From: a virus
Taxonomy: Duplodnaviria; Caudoviricetes
DNA length: 64,000 bases
Virus record (IMG/VR): IMGVR_UViG_3300023053_000001
Location: 192,001-256,000 of that record
Direction: 5' to 3' (one strand)
Part shown: piece after piece, positions 26,897 through 36,493 of the stretch
Position numbering within the stretch: position 1 is the first letter of the stretch
How the letters are laid out: each line of letters starts with the position of its first letter
Notes under the pieces: model-generated
The model's database searches: none
What the model was told of the DNA's origin: nothing
Seen by the model: only the letters and a program-made list of their open reading frames with translations
Translations under genes and position numbers: made by a program

Positions 26897-27964
26897 ATGT
26901 CCAGTTCCTATATCAAGCGTCGTCCTTTCCACATTGTGGTCCGCGGTACCCGTAACGGTAAAGTTGTGGCCCGCACCCGTCTGCGCGGCTACGTCAAAGC
27001 AAGTGCCACGCGCGAGTTCGAAAGGCTGTGCCGGCTGGCGCAAAACGTGGATGCATTCAAAACCACCTCGAAGTACGGTCCGGTTCGCATCGAACTGTAC
27101 GAGGGTCCGTCGTCGGCGCGTCACAACAAGCGACTGATCGCCATGGCCGGTGACTTCGGAGCGCCGAAGATCGTGGACTATCTGGGTCTGCTCCGTCCGA
27201 AGTCCGACATGCACGTTGCGGACATTCTGCCGGGTCTGGAGAATGGCGTTCTGGGCCTCGATCCGCGCAACGCTGAATTCGATGGTTCGGTGTTGGACAA
27301 TATCCCGTTCTTCGAACACGGGCGCGACTTCGACGGCGATGCGTTGAACAGTGGTCAAGACGACTTCACCATCGACGTCGGTGAAATCAGTCAGGCTGAA
27401 CATCGCGAAGTGATTCGCAAGATGCTCACTGAAGACCCGGAGGGCCCGGCACCGAAACCCCGTCGCCCCCAGCCGATTCGACTGGCATCGGACTTCGAAC
27501 TGGCCGCTTGGGCGGGCGCGCTCAGTGATGGCGTCAGCTCCTCGCGGAAGCAGATGTTCGCCGGACATATCGCCCAGCGTCTCGCGGTGCCGCTGACCCC
27601 GGGCGAGTTGAACGTCATTCAGGCCACGGGTCGTCAGGAACGCCAGCGCAGCTTCATCAATCACGCGCTGACTCCGTTCGGGGTCATCCTCAAGACCGTC
27701 GACGAATCCTCGGTCGATAAGGTCGACATCAACAGCGCCGAGATGCGTGACCTGATCTACTCCCACTACGAAAAGCAGAATCCGGATGTGGAACGTGCCC
27801 GGTTCGATGATGCTTACGAAAAGTGGTTGGCTCAGCGCGACCGCGACGTGGAACTGGCAGTTACCCGCTCCCCGCTGATGCGCCCCAGTACCATGGACAA
27901 GATCCGCCACAACTGCGAAGACCCCAAAACAGTTCATCCGCTCGCGTTGATCTGGAAGGACTGA
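26897..27964 (+). CDS. hypothetical protein (355 aa), basic N-terminus
   Basis: Starts 3 nt after the upstream stop; long ORF. Confidence 0.75.
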   Translation: MSSSYIKRRPFHIVVRGTRNGKVVARTRLRGYVKASATREFERLCRLAQNVDAFKTTSKYGPVRIELYEGPSSARHNKRLIAMAGDFGAPKIVDYLGLLRPKSDMHVADILPGLENGVLGLDPRNAEFDGSVLDNIPFFEHGRDFDGDALNSGQDDFTIDVGEISQAEHREVIRKMLTEDPEGPAPKPRRPQPIRLASDFELAAWAGALSDGVSSSRKQMFAGHIAQRLAVPLTPGELNVIQATGRQERQRSFINHALTPFGVILKTVDESSVDKVDINSAEMRDLIYSHYEKQNPDVERARFDDAYEKWLAQRDRDVELAVTRSPLMRPSTMDKIRHNCEDPKTVHPLALIWKD

Positions 27965-27975
27965 AGTAATTCACT

Positions 27976-28010
27976 GGCGGGGAGCGTAACGGCACTCCCC
28001 GTCTTTTATC
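27976..28010 (+). terminator. hairpin plus U-tract; duplicated element (cf. 29715)
   Basis: GGCGGGGAG...CTCCCCGTC-TTTTAT with AACGGCA in the loop. Confidence 0.65.
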
Positions 28011-28043
28011 CACGCCGTCCCTACTGAAGAGAGTAAACTGACT

Positions 28044-28916
28044 ATGAACACCGAACAATCGATGCACGTGAACTACACCCCGCGCAACGCTGCGATCCCC
28101 CGGACCGCTGACATGTACACCGGCAACGATGGCACCCCGTTCTACGTGGTGTTGCTCCACGACTTCGGCCAACCGCTGGAGTATGTGGACGACTTCGCCA
28201 TCCGGCTGGAACAGCTGCGTGAAATGACTCGTGGCCTGGAAGGGAAACTGTACTACCACGTGACCGCTCAGCTGGATGGTCAGCAGTTCTGCGTCTATGA
28301 CAAAGAAAAGCACATTCTGGAAGCGCGCGACTTCAGCTACCGGACACTGATGCCCGAAAGCGTCTGGCACGTCTCCGCCTCCAAGATCATCCGCTCCGTG
28401 CTGGAGAACGGCGTGGAGCGCAAGAAGGTCTGGCAGCTGTACCAGAACCAGAGCGCCCATCAGGTCTGGGAGTGCACCTACAACGAACATGCACGCGATC
28501 CGCTGTACCTGCGTCAGGGGAGCATCCCCGTTGATGCACAGCAGTTCCTGCGTGAAGTGTACAAGCAGGTGAACAGCAACACCAAGCTCAATAACCAAGA
28601 TCGCAACATCCTGCTGTGGTCGCTGCAGTCCTGGGACCTGTTCGACGGCAACATGAACCGTCAGTTCACCGCCGATGAAATCACCGAGCTGAGCGCACAC
28701 ATCGGCAAGCTGCAACACCTGCATCACGAAGCAAATCCCGTCTTCGCGCAGTGGTTGTTCGAACGACTGGACTTCCTGACACCGGCCGGTGTCGACCATT
28801 CGCTCTCCAACTGGGTCGGTGCCTACACCAAGATCCCTGACCCGGCGGGCTGGACCACCCTCCTACGTAACGCTTACACCCGCAATCTTCCGATCGTGGG
28901 GCGTTATGTTGCCTAA
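28044..28916 (+). CDS. hypothetical protein (290 aa), paralog of 29784
   Basis: 16/39 identities without gaps to 29784..30713 in the FT..E...LDFLT segment. Confidence 0.75.
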   Translation: MNTEQSMHVNYTPRNAAIPRTADMYTGNDGTPFYVVLLHDFGQPLEYVDDFAIRLEQLREMTRGLEGKLYYHVTAQLDGQQFCVYDKEKHILEARDFSYRTLMPESVWHVSASKIIRSVLENGVERKKVWQLYQNQSAHQVWECTYNEHARDPLYLRQGSIPVDAQQFLREVYKQVNSNTKLNNQDRNILLWSLQSWDLFDGNMNRQFTADEITELSAHIGKLQHLHHEANPVFAQWLFERLDFLTPAGVDHSLSNWVGAYTKIPDPAGWTTLLRNAYTRNLPIVGRYVA

Positions 28917-28938
28917 ATTCCTGAGGAGGAATTCCAAA

Positions 28939-29496
28939 ATGCGCAAGACCCTCATGCCGCCACCGAGCGACTATGTTTACATCAACAACGCCACCTGTCC
29001 GAGGCGCCCCGATCGTGGGACGCAGTACCGGATCGAGTTGGCCGGTGTCGAAGCCCAGATTCTCCATCGTGAAGGGCTGATGGTGAAGTTCCTGCGGCTG
29101 GACGACAACCATCTCCTCGACCCCCATTGGGTTGAAGGCGGGCATCCGCGCCTGGGCTACTCGTGGGAGCAGCGCCTGCCGGACAAGGCAACGCTGGAAG
29201 CCTTCCACAAGCGCATGCAGCGCGACGTGCCCGGTCTGCACTACATGATCCTCAGCGTGGATGGGACTGTAGTGCGCCATCAGGCGTTGGCTTCTTCCCG
29301 CAACACGCTGGCCAAGAAGATCACGCTGGGCCAGATGCGGGTGGGTTACTTCGGACTGACTTCCCTCCAGCAGAAGAACGCCATTCGTGGCGTGAATCAT
29401 CTGGCCACTGATGCGATCCTGGACGTACCGCCTGGGTTGGCCGATTCGAAGGTGGTGGAACAGTACAAGCTCCCGCAGGAGAAGGCTGATGCGTAA
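28939..29496 (+). CDS. hypothetical protein (185 aa)
   Basis: Strong GAGGAGG RBS before ATG 28939. Confidence 0.7.
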   Translation: MRKTLMPPPSDYVYINNATCPRRPDRGTQYRIELAGVEAQILHREGLMVKFLRLDDNHLLDPHWVEGGHPRLGYSWEQRLPDKATLEAFHKRMQRDVPGLHYMILSVDGTVVRHQALASSRNTLAKKITLGQMRVGYFGLTSLQQKNAIRGVNHLATDAILDVPPGLADSKVVEQYKLPQEKADA

Positions 29497-29707
29497 GTTC
29501 CTCATCGCGGCAGCACTCATGGCCAGTCTGACGGGCTGTGTGCGCATCTTCAGCGAGGAGCAGCTCACGGCAGCCGTCGCTGATTGCAAGGCGCAGGGCG
29601 GTCAGGAGATCCTGCGTACCATCAACCGCAACCCGGCTCAGGTGGCACGGGTGGATTGCCGCGTTGGCGATCGCACCCACCGTTATCTGCCGACCAAGGA
29701 AGACTGA
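29489..29707 (+). CDS. small predicted lipoprotein (72 aa)
   Basis: AGGAG RBS; MRKFLIAAALMASLTG-C lipobox; two more Cys. Confidence 0.75.
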   Translation: MRKFLIAAALMASLTGCVRIFSEEQLTAAVADCKAQGGQEILRTINRNPAQVARVDCRVGDRTHRYLPTKED

Positions 29708-29714
29708 TTCACCG

Positions 29715-29766
29715 ATGGGCAGGGAGAACAACGGCACTCCCTGCCCATTTTCACTTCTATGCCGTT
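29715..29766 (+). terminator. hairpin plus TATGCCGTT
   Basis: ATGGGCAGGGAG/CTCCCTGCCCAT 12-bp stem, TTTCACTTC, TATGCCG. Confidence 0.7.
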
Positions 29767-29783
29767 CCTTCAGAGAGATTGAC

Positions 29784-30713
29784 ATGAACCACGTTAACGA
29801 ATTCACCCCGGCCGCCATTCCGATGAACGCTGACGATGTGACCAACTCGATCATGCAGCTGACCGGAGACTACGGTCCCATTCCGGAATCTCCGGAACAG
29901 ATGGCCGCGCTGCGCGAAGCCATCGCTGAGACGGTTGAAGATTTCGATGGCCTGATCTACCACCTCATCAAAGGCAATCCCGTCCGTGATGGCATGATCT
30001 TCGGCCGTGCTTCGATGCACGCGGTGTACATCGCTGAAAATAAGGCGATGCGCGTAATGCTCTCTCACATGGGGTCCTTCAACCCGGAATCGGATTGGAT
30101 GGTTACCCCTGACGAGATCCACTGCCGCGTTTTCCGTGGCGATGACATCATCGCTAAGCGCTGGACGCCTTTCCGCAATCCGGACGGCTCCACGTCGTGG
30201 GAGGTGACCTACAACGAACATCCGGCACATCCCACGCACATGGGCGGTGGCCGCATGCCCAAGACGGCCGCTCATTTCCTCAAGGAATTGGCCGCACAGC
30301 TCTACAGTAATCGCGTGCTGGGTAAAATCAGGGACGAAAAGCTCAACGATCGACAGACCCTAAGGTCTGATGTGGCTGAATACGAAATCGAGAATTACGT
30401 GTCGGCGTTGGATCAATGGCAACTCAACGGTGCAATGCAACCCCCACGCACCTTCACCGATGCGGAGATGGATCGTTTGACCAAGCTTGCTAATCGCTTG
30501 CGCTTTCTCCACAACTGCGCCGATCCGAATGCCCTGAAGACCCTGTTCGCTGAACTGGACTTCTTGACCTGGCCGGCGACTCCCCTGCTCAGTGAACTGC
30601 TGGGTGAGTTGAACGTACCCCTGCGCGAGCGCAGCGTGCGTGCCAATAGCAGGCACAGCAACCGACTGGTACGGTCAGTGTCCTTCAACGATCACTACGG
30701 TTACCGTAGCTGA
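29784..30713 (+). CDS. hypothetical protein (309 aa), paralog of 28044
   Basis: ATG 29784 after GAGAG; shared motifs with 28044..28916. Confidence 0.75.
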   Translation: MNHVNEFTPAAIPMNADDVTNSIMQLTGDYGPIPESPEQMAALREAIAETVEDFDGLIYHLIKGNPVRDGMIFGRASMHAVYIAENKAMRVMLSHMGSFNPESDWMVTPDEIHCRVFRGDDIIAKRWTPFRNPDGSTSWEVTYNEHPAHPTHMGGGRMPKTAAHFLKELAAQLYSNRVLGKIRDEKLNDRQTLRSDVAEYEIENYVSALDQWQLNGAMQPPRTFTDAEMDRLTKLANRLRFLHNCADPNALKTLFAELDFLTWPATPLLSELLGELNVPLRERSVRANSRHSNRLVRSVSFNDHYGYRS

Positions 30714-30765
30714 CATAAACCCCTCCCAGCCGCAATGGCTGGGAGGGGCCCTATGCTTTTTCTTT
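30712..30765. terminator. bidirectional terminator flanked by TATG on both strands
   Basis: CCCCTCCCAGCC/GGCTGGGAGGGG stem between convergent genes; GACATA on the left, TATGCTTTTT on the right. Confidence 0.8.
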
Positions 30766-30768
30766 TCG

Positions 30769-31608
30769 TTACTTGCCGCCACCCATCACCTGACGCAGAT
30801 GACGGTTGCGCGAATGGAAGTCGTCCAGCATCTGAACCTTGATCCAGACTTCTTCACGGTAGGTCTCGTAGTTCTCGTTGGCGTCGGCGTAACCGTCGAC
30901 GATTTCCTTGAACCGACCCAGATCCATACCACCGCGCATTTCACCTTCAGCGATGGGGATCACCAGCTCGTTGTAGATGTGCGCCTTGACGGCGTACTCC
31001 ACCAGCTTGGTGAACTTGGAAACGGTCATCGAGCGCATGTGCGAGAAGTCGATGTCATTTTCTACCATGCACATCAATTGCATGGTAGAGGGCAGGATCG
31101 ACTGGTCGGCAATCATCACCGTGTTCTCAGCGATCAGCTGCACGCGAGCAGTGGACTGCACCGGCATGGAGGTGTGCGAAGCCACCACCTGTCCACCCGC
31201 AGACAACATATCCGAGTAGTTGGACATGCCGTAGTTGTAGGACGAAGGCAGCGTCTCCAGACCGATCATCACCGACAGGGCGCGTACAATGCGCCGGTTC
31301 TGCGTGCGATCCATCGGAATGCGCACCACGATCGTGGCCTGGTTGTAATACTCCTGCTCCAAACCGGACAGGGGCACTACCACCAGCGTACCGCCGGTCA
31401 TGTTGCTATCTTCCATGACGCGAGCTTCCACGATCTTCTCGCGGATCATCGCATCCAGACTGAGCGCATTGCGACTCTGGGCGAACTGGAACAGGTTGGG
31501 GCCGAAGTTCTGATCCATGAACGCGACCTGCAAGATCTGCGGCGGGATCAAACGCTTGACATCAGCGATGGCCTTTTGAACGGGGGTCATGGTCATGGCG
31601 TACACCAA
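30769..31608 (-). CDS. conserved phiKZ-like virion protein (279 aa)
   Basis: AIADVKRLIPPQILQVAF start and AVKAHIYNEL..GRFKEIVDGYADANE.Y motifs recalled from a core family; TATG about 25 nt upstream. Confidence 0.6.
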   Translation of the reverse strand: MVYAMTMTPVQKAIADVKRLIPPQILQVAFMDQNFGPNLFQFAQSRNALSLDAMIREKIVEARVMEDSNMTGGTLVVVPLSGLEQEYYNQATIVVRIPMDRTQNRRIVRALSVMIGLETLPSSYNYGMSNYSDMLSAGGQVVASHTSMPVQSTARVQLIAENTVMIADQSILPSTMQLMCMVENDIDFSHMRSMTVSKFTKLVEYAVKAHIYNELVIPIAEGEMRGGMDLGRFKEIVDGYADANENYETYREEVWIKVQMLDDFHSRNRHLRQVMGGGK

Positions 31609-31658
31609 AGGAATTGTCTCATAGCTTTGAGGTGAATCTTCAGCTATTTGTTTTCATC

Positions 31659-31676
31659 CACACATTACCCATGGTA
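31659..31676 (+). promoter_or_regulatory. putative early-type promoter motif upstream of the phuZ operon
   Basis: CACACATTACCCATGGTA, 14 of the first 15 positions fit the consensus. Confidence 0.5.
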
Positions 31677-31724
31677 AGGCGAACCATGATGATGTAGAGG
31701 ACTATCCATTCAAGGGGGAAGTTG

Positions 31725-32258
31725 ATGAGCGCTATCAAACAAACTGGTTTGCCCGTCAACTACGGGTGGTATACCAGCCAGCAGCACAATTACAAGCCGC
31801 GTGATGTCAGCCTGGAGATCCACGAAGAGCTGGCCCGCGCGATCCTGTCCAACGACGATGTCTTCATGAAGATGGCCGCCGACGCTGAGTCGGGTCTGAC
31901 CGTCAGCATCCAAGTGGGTCGTGACACGTTGCACATGAGCGTGTACACCGGCGATGAGCTGTTCAGTCGCCAGCGCTGCACCGAGCGTGACCTCAGTAAG
32001 TCGGTCCTGCTCATGGTTGGTCGTGATTGCAAACTGCGCTCGGTCTTCCGTACCGACGTGGAGCGCATCGCCACCAGTTACCCCAGCTTCTATTCCGTGC
32101 GTAGCCTTACCCCTGCCGAAGTTGCCCGTCTGGACTACTGGCAGGAGATCTACGTCGAACTGGGCATCGAAGGTGCCCGGGCCAAACTGATCGAAGGCGT
32201 TGCCCTGCTGGTTGCCACCTGCATGGACCCGTCCCTTGATCCCCTCGCTGTCCACTAG
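31725..32258 (+). CDS. hypothetical protein (177 aa)
   Basis: AAGGGGG RBS; co-oriented with phuZ. Confidence 0.7.
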   Translation: MSAIKQTGLPVNYGWYTSQQHNYKPRDVSLEIHEELARAILSNDDVFMKMAADAESGLTVSIQVGRDTLHMSVYTGDELFSRQRCTERDLSKSVLLMVGRDCKLRSVFRTDVERIATSYPSFYSVRSLTPAEVARLDYWQEIYVELGIEGARAKLIEGVALLVATCMDPSLDPLAVH

Positions 32259-32279
32259 CACCGACTCCAAGGAAAAACA

Positions 32280-33269
32280 ATGCAACAGCAGAACATCTCC
32301 ACCGACCGCGGCCGCGTCCGTCTGTACGCCTGCGGTGGCTTCGGTGTCAACATCGGTTCTTACTTCGATGGTTTCAAGGGCGAGATCGAACCGGGCTATT
32401 CCTCCGTGGAGCCGGCCTACATCGATACCTCCCGTTCCAACTTCAGCAAGGCCGGCCTGAGCGCCGACCAGGTCTTCGTGCTGGAAGGCGCCGATGGTTC
32501 GGGCGCGATCCGTTCGGAGAACCATCCCGAGATCCTGAAGAACATCCCCAACATCCTGCAGCAGTTCAAGCCGCTGGACTTCAACATCGTGGTCTTCTCC
32601 GGCGCCGGCGGTTCCGGTTCGGTGTTCGGTCCGCTGATCCTGTCCGAGCTGCTGGCCCGTGGCCTGCCGGTTATCGCCATCGTGGTCGGTGCCGATGATT
32701 CGGCCAAGGCTGCCGAGAACACCCTCAAGACCCTGCAGGGCCTGGAGCACACCGCCGAGAAGCGCGGCCTGCCGGTGGCGATGTACTACCGCCAGAACGA
32801 CAACGGCGACAACAAGCGTTCGTCCATCGACAAGGACAGCCAGTACGTGATCAGCATGATCTCGATCCTGTGCTCGCGCCAGAACGATGAACTGGACTCC
32901 AAGGACATCCAGAACTGGGTGCAATTCACCAAGGCCACCTCGGCCGAAGCTCGCCTGGCGCGCCTGATGATCTGCGATTCGACCAACGTCTCCCAGATCG
33001 CCGATCCGATCGCCATCGCCAGCCTGCTGGCCAGCCCGGATGACGCCGGCCGTGAGATCGTGCCCGAGTACAGCTGCACCGGTTATCCGGAAGCCAAGGC
33101 CGTCCACAGCCTGCTGCCGCTGCACCTGGTGCTGACCTTCGAAGGCATCCCGGCCATCGCCAAGCGCCTGACCTCGCGCATCGCCGAGCTGGAAACCCAG
33201 CGCAAGGCCCGCGTGCGCCACGACTCGCTGCTGGGCAATGCCCAGACCGACGGCGACCTGGTCCTGTAA
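32280..33269 (+). CDS. phuZ: PhuZ phage tubulin
   Basis: YACGGFGVNIG T1 loop, FSGAGGSGSVFGP tubulin signature, RQNDELDSKD T7 loop; strong codon bias. Confidence 0.95.
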   Translation: MQQQNISTDRGRVRLYACGGFGVNIGSYFDGFKGEIEPGYSSVEPAYIDTSRSNFSKAGLSADQVFVLEGADGSGAIRSENHPEILKNIPNILQQFKPLDFNIVVFSGAGGSGSVFGPLILSELLARGLPVIAIVVGADDSAKAAENTLKTLQGLEHTAEKRGLPVAMYYRQNDNGDNKRSSIDKDSQYVISMISILCSRQNDELDSKDIQNWVQFTKATSAEARLARLMICDSTNVSQIADPIAIASLLASPDDAGREIVPEYSCTGYPEAKAVHSLLPLHLVLTFEGIPAIAKRLTSRIAELETQRKARVRHDSLLGNAQTDGDLVL

Positions 33270-33275
33270 GTCCCG

Positions 33276-33303
33276 ATCCCCGCCCTTCGGGGCGGGGGTT
33301 TTT
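33276..33303 (+). terminator. intrinsic terminator
   Basis: ATCCCCGCCC-TTCG-GGGCGGGGGT-TTTT. Confidence 0.8.
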
Positions 33304-33324
33304 CCACCGCCAATCGAGTTACCC

Positions 33325-33720
33325 ATGGAACCGATCACCCCCGAAACTGCCAGCCCCGGCATGGTTGCTGCGCTGACCGCAGTGGCCACTCTGCAAGGCC
33401 ACAACGACATCGACCAGACCCTGGCCTCCTTCAAGGAATTCCCGGCCCTGGAAACGATGGTGCGCGAACAGGCCGTCTTGATCGACGAAGCCGTCGCCAA
33501 CGATCCTGGCATCCAGGAAAGCGCCGAAGCCCGTATGGAGCTGCTGGAGCGCATGATGCCGCGCGTCAACGAGACCAACGCCTTCCGGCGCGAAATGCGC
33601 CAGCGTAAGGAAAACCGTCGACCGACGGTCCAGTGGAACATCGGCCTGCTCACCTACGTGATCCGCAAGGCCCTGTTCGAACCGAACTGGCGCGATCCCC
33701 GCTTTGCCACGGGGCTGTAA
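33325..33720 (+). CDS. hypothetical helical protein (131 aa)
   Basis: ATG 33325 after the terminator; strong codon bias. Confidence 0.7.
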   Translation: MEPITPETASPGMVAALTAVATLQGHNDIDQTLASFKEFPALETMVREQAVLIDEAVANDPGIQESAEARMELLERMMPRVNETNAFRREMRQRKENRRPTVQWNIGLLTYVIRKALFEPNWRDPRFATGL

Positions 33721-33730
33721 CTGAACGTCT

Positions 33731-33770
33731 AAAATACCTGAGTCCTTGACGGGGCTTAGGTATTTTATGA
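33731..33770 (+). terminator. hairpin followed by TATG
   Basis: AAAATACCTGAGTCC/GGGCTTAGGTATTTT stem, TATG at 33766. Confidence 0.6.
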
Positions 33771-33804
33771 CCACTCACCCCCATTCAATGCGTAGGACTC
33801 AATC

Positions 33805-34005
33805 ATGAACCAGTTTGTCTGCAATCAGTGCTCGTGCATGGAAGTGACCGATCTGGTCTATCCGTGCCTGCCCTCTCTGAAGGAGGAGCAGCTGTGCTCC
33901 CTTTGCCGTACCGGCGTGTGGCATAACCGGTTCGAGCGTGAGTTCTACGACCCCACGAAACACGTGGCGATCAATCGCCCCAATGAAGGACTGAGCTTGG
34001 GATGA
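33805..34005 (+). CDS. small zinc-finger protein (66 aa)
   Basis: CNQC...LCSLC..GVWHNRF; AGGA RBS. Confidence 0.75.
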   Translation: MNQFVCNQCSCMEVTDLVYPCLPSLKEEQLCSLCRTGVWHNRFEREFYDPTKHVAINRPNEGLSLG

Positions 34006-34535
34006 ACCAAGAAATCTTGCACGATCTTGCTGAAGCCCCTCCTTTCTTCGCTCGCGAAGAGGACGGCCACATCAACTGGCGCCCCCACACCGTCAACGAG
34101 GAACAGTCTGCATCGTTCTCGGTCCCGGTGTCTTACTCGCAGGTCTTTCCTCAAGAGGACGTAGACCGCCTAGGTAAGTTGGGCGAAACCCCCGACACCC
34201 TAATGACCCACGCCTTCATGGCGTTGGAGGAAGGTCGCGGGATCAAGCCAGAAGGTGAGGACATGATTGACTTTGCTGTCAGTGGTGTCTGTAACAACAT
34301 CATCAACCGTTTGTTTGATGAGGAGGACCAAGGAACCGATGACATTTCCGCCTCGGATATGGTCAACGAGTTCATGCCCCAACTGGTTCCCATGATCGAA
34401 CGTACGGTGCGCATGACGGAGACGTACTTCCCCATGCCCGAACCGCAGCCTGACGACGATGGATTCATCATGGATGCCAGTGTGACCAACTGCAATGACC
34501 GCACTGTGGTGAAGGTCACGTGGGCTAAGGGATGA
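34002..34535 (+). CDS. acidic hypothetical protein, array member 1
   Basis: ATGA coupling; LGKLGETPDTLM motif; terminal beta-hairpin pattern. Confidence 0.7.
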   Translation: MNQEILHDLAEAPPFFAREEDGHINWRPHTVNEEQSASFSVPVSYSQVFPQEDVDRLGKLGETPDTLMTHAFMALEEGRGIKPEGEDMIDFAVSGVCNNIINRLFDEEDQGTDDISASDMVNEFMPQLVPMIERTVRMTETYFPMPEPQPDDDGFIMDASVTNCNDRTVVKVTWAKG

Positions 34536-34957
34536 GCGAGTCCGTACGACTTTCCATTCCGGTTGGGGAAAGTGACTGGATCACCACCGAAGATCGCGGC
34601 ATGTTAGCCGATCTTCGATTGGACCCGAACCTAGCCATCGAGTACGGGTTGCATTTCTGGGAGGACTGCTATCTGTCCGGTCTGGAAAAGCGACCCGACT
34701 TGTTCTACGACAAGATGGTCGGCGAAGTGGCTGAGATGTTGGACCCCATCGACGGGCACGCTGAGAGCTACGAGCACCAGACCCGGTTCGCTCAACGGGC
34801 AGATCAGTTTGCCTGCATGATGGGCCGACATGCCCAGATCCTGTCCAGTCATTTGAGTCCCCGCGTGTTCCATTCCCTCGAAACGCGCCCAGAAAGCATC
34901 ACGCTGTTGAAGATCAACGACCATCGTACGATCGTGCAAGTGAACTACGAGGACTGA
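34532..34957 (+). CDS. hypothetical protein, array member 2
   Basis: ATGA coupling; LADLRLDPNLAIEYGL motif. Confidence 0.7.
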   Translation: MSESVRLSIPVGESDWITTEDRGMLADLRLDPNLAIEYGLHFWEDCYLSGLEKRPDLFYDKMVGEVAEMLDPIDGHAESYEHQTRFAQRADQFACMMGRHAQILSSHLSPRVFHSLETRPESITLLKINDHRTIVQVNYED

Positions 34958-34994
34958 GCCACTCCCCTTCACAGGGGAGTGGCTCTATGCCGTC
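34956..34994 (+). terminator. hairpin plus TATGCCGTC
   Basis: GAGCCACTCCCCT/AGGGGAGTGGCTC stem directly followed by TATGCCGTC. Confidence 0.7.
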
Positions 34995-35087
34995 TATTTC
35001 GCTCTCTGAGGCGCTTGCAGAGTAAAAAGCTACCAATCTACCTCTTCTTATGTAGTACGCCTGTGCCGCCTCTTACGGACTTTCAGA

Positions 35088-35105
35088 CATATATCATCCA
35101 AGAGT
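35088..35105 (+). promoter_or_regulatory. putative early-type promoter motif CATATATCATCCAAGAGT
   Basis: Matches 1657-1674 at 15/18; upstream of an 8-gene run. Confidence 0.6.
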
Positions 35106-35124
35106 AGGCTATCCTGGAAATCCC

Positions 35125-35625
35125 ATGACCCACATTCCTCTGGTTGAAGCTCGTTACACGTTCAGCCTACGCGATCATTTCGAAGGCTGTCTCCCCCTAC
35201 TCCACAAATTGATGGAGAGACGCCTTCCTGAAATCTCCCGTATCAATGCCGTGATGTGGAAACGCCACGGCCTGTACGGAGGTACTCGCTACGATGCTCG
35301 ACGCTACCGTCGGATCTACGAGCCGGCCTCCGATGCAGATGACACGCTTCTGATGCAGATCTACGTGGCATTCATCATGCACTACATCACCCATGACTGT
35401 TATACCGTGATCGGTACGGCGATGGAGGCGATGTGGATGGATCTGATTTCGCGAGACGGCGAGTTCCGTAACGCAACCCTTCCTTTCGAGGACATGGCCC
35501 TGAGCCCGCTGTACTGGATTACCTCATCGCACTTGAGTGACCAGCTACGCACGATCTCTCTGGATCAGAATCTCGTATTTCGCATGTCTTACTTGGTGGC
35601 ACCCCCACCATTACCACCTTTCTGA
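35125..35625 (+). CDS. hypothetical protein, array member 3
   Basis: ORF after the promoter motif; YTFSLRDHF N-terminal strand. Confidence 0.65.
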   Translation: MTHIPLVEARYTFSLRDHFEGCLPLLHKLMERRLPEISRINAVMWKRHGLYGGTRYDARRYRRIYEPASDADDTLLMQIYVAFIMHYITHDCYTVIGTAMEAMWMDLISRDGEFRNATLPFEDMALSPLYWITSSHLSDQLRTISLDQNLVFRMSYLVAPPPLPPF

Positions 35626-35636
35626 GGGACTCTGCA

Positions 35637-36491
35637 ATGTCTTCGCTCAACGTTCAGTACATCGTGCCGCTCAACCATTTTGCAGAGCATCTGCAGATGG
35701 CCTTGCAGCGCCTCGGTGTCCAGCGCAAAGTTCCGTTCTTGGAAAAACAGTTGGAAAATGCGCCGGCGTATGAGATCGTCTATGCGATGTTCAAGTTGAA
35801 CCTGGAAGAGCGCATGCTCTGGATCAACAGCGACTGGCGCAACTGGTGGGAAGTCATGGAAGACGTGATGGGACGGCACATCTCCGGATGGATGTCGGAA
35901 AGTCAGTATCGTCCGGTGCACCGCAAGGGCGCCAAGGCAGTGGACGCCGAACTCACCGCCGAGGATGAACGCATCATCGACTACTACGATGCCATCTACA
36001 CCGACGTGCTCGATCCACTGTGGCTGATGATGGAAAACATGATCGGTCAGCAGATGGGTATTGCTGAGAACACCTGGGACATGTTCACCCTGGAACGTCG
36101 CGATACCTATCAGGTGGAAAAGTCGACCACCGAAGAAGAGGTCTGGATTCCCGACCGCATTGCCACGGTAGCCATCGACGGCAGTTCCACCCCGCAGCTG
36201 CGTCCGGTTCAGATCAACTCGCCCGTGTCCGGTCAGGTCCAGATCCGTCAGATCCCCATCATGATCCAGAAGCTGGATCGGATCGATCTGAAGCTGAGCA
36301 ACATGGGTGACTTCCGCATTCGCGAGTGGGAAGAGAACATCAAGTCCGGTAAGTGGAAGACCCGCGCCAAGGAAAACATGGATGTCCATTCGCTGGCACC
36401 GGATCATCTCTACGGTGAAGCCAATCGCGGTTCGCTGGCTGAGATTCGTCGCGCCGGTAAGACCGGTGGTATCCGTACGCTGGGCAAGTAA
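35637..36491 (+). CDS. hypothetical protein (284 aa), long array member 4
   Basis: GAGGG RBS; YIVPLNHF..LQRLGV motif; internal beta-rich insertion and C-terminal extension. Confidence 0.75.
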   Translation: MSSLNVQYIVPLNHFAEHLQMALQRLGVQRKVPFLEKQLENAPAYEIVYAMFKLNLEERMLWINSDWRNWWEVMEDVMGRHISGWMSESQYRPVHRKGAKAVDAELTAEDERIIDYYDAIYTDVLDPLWLMMENMIGQQMGIAENTWDMFTLERRDTYQVEKSTTEEEVWIPDRIATVAIDGSSTPQLRPVQINSPVSGQVQIRQIPIMIQKLDRIDLKLSNMGDFRIREWEENIKSGKWKTRAKENMDVHSLAPDHLYGEANRGSLAEIRRAGKTGGIRTLGK

Positions 36492-36493
36492 CC

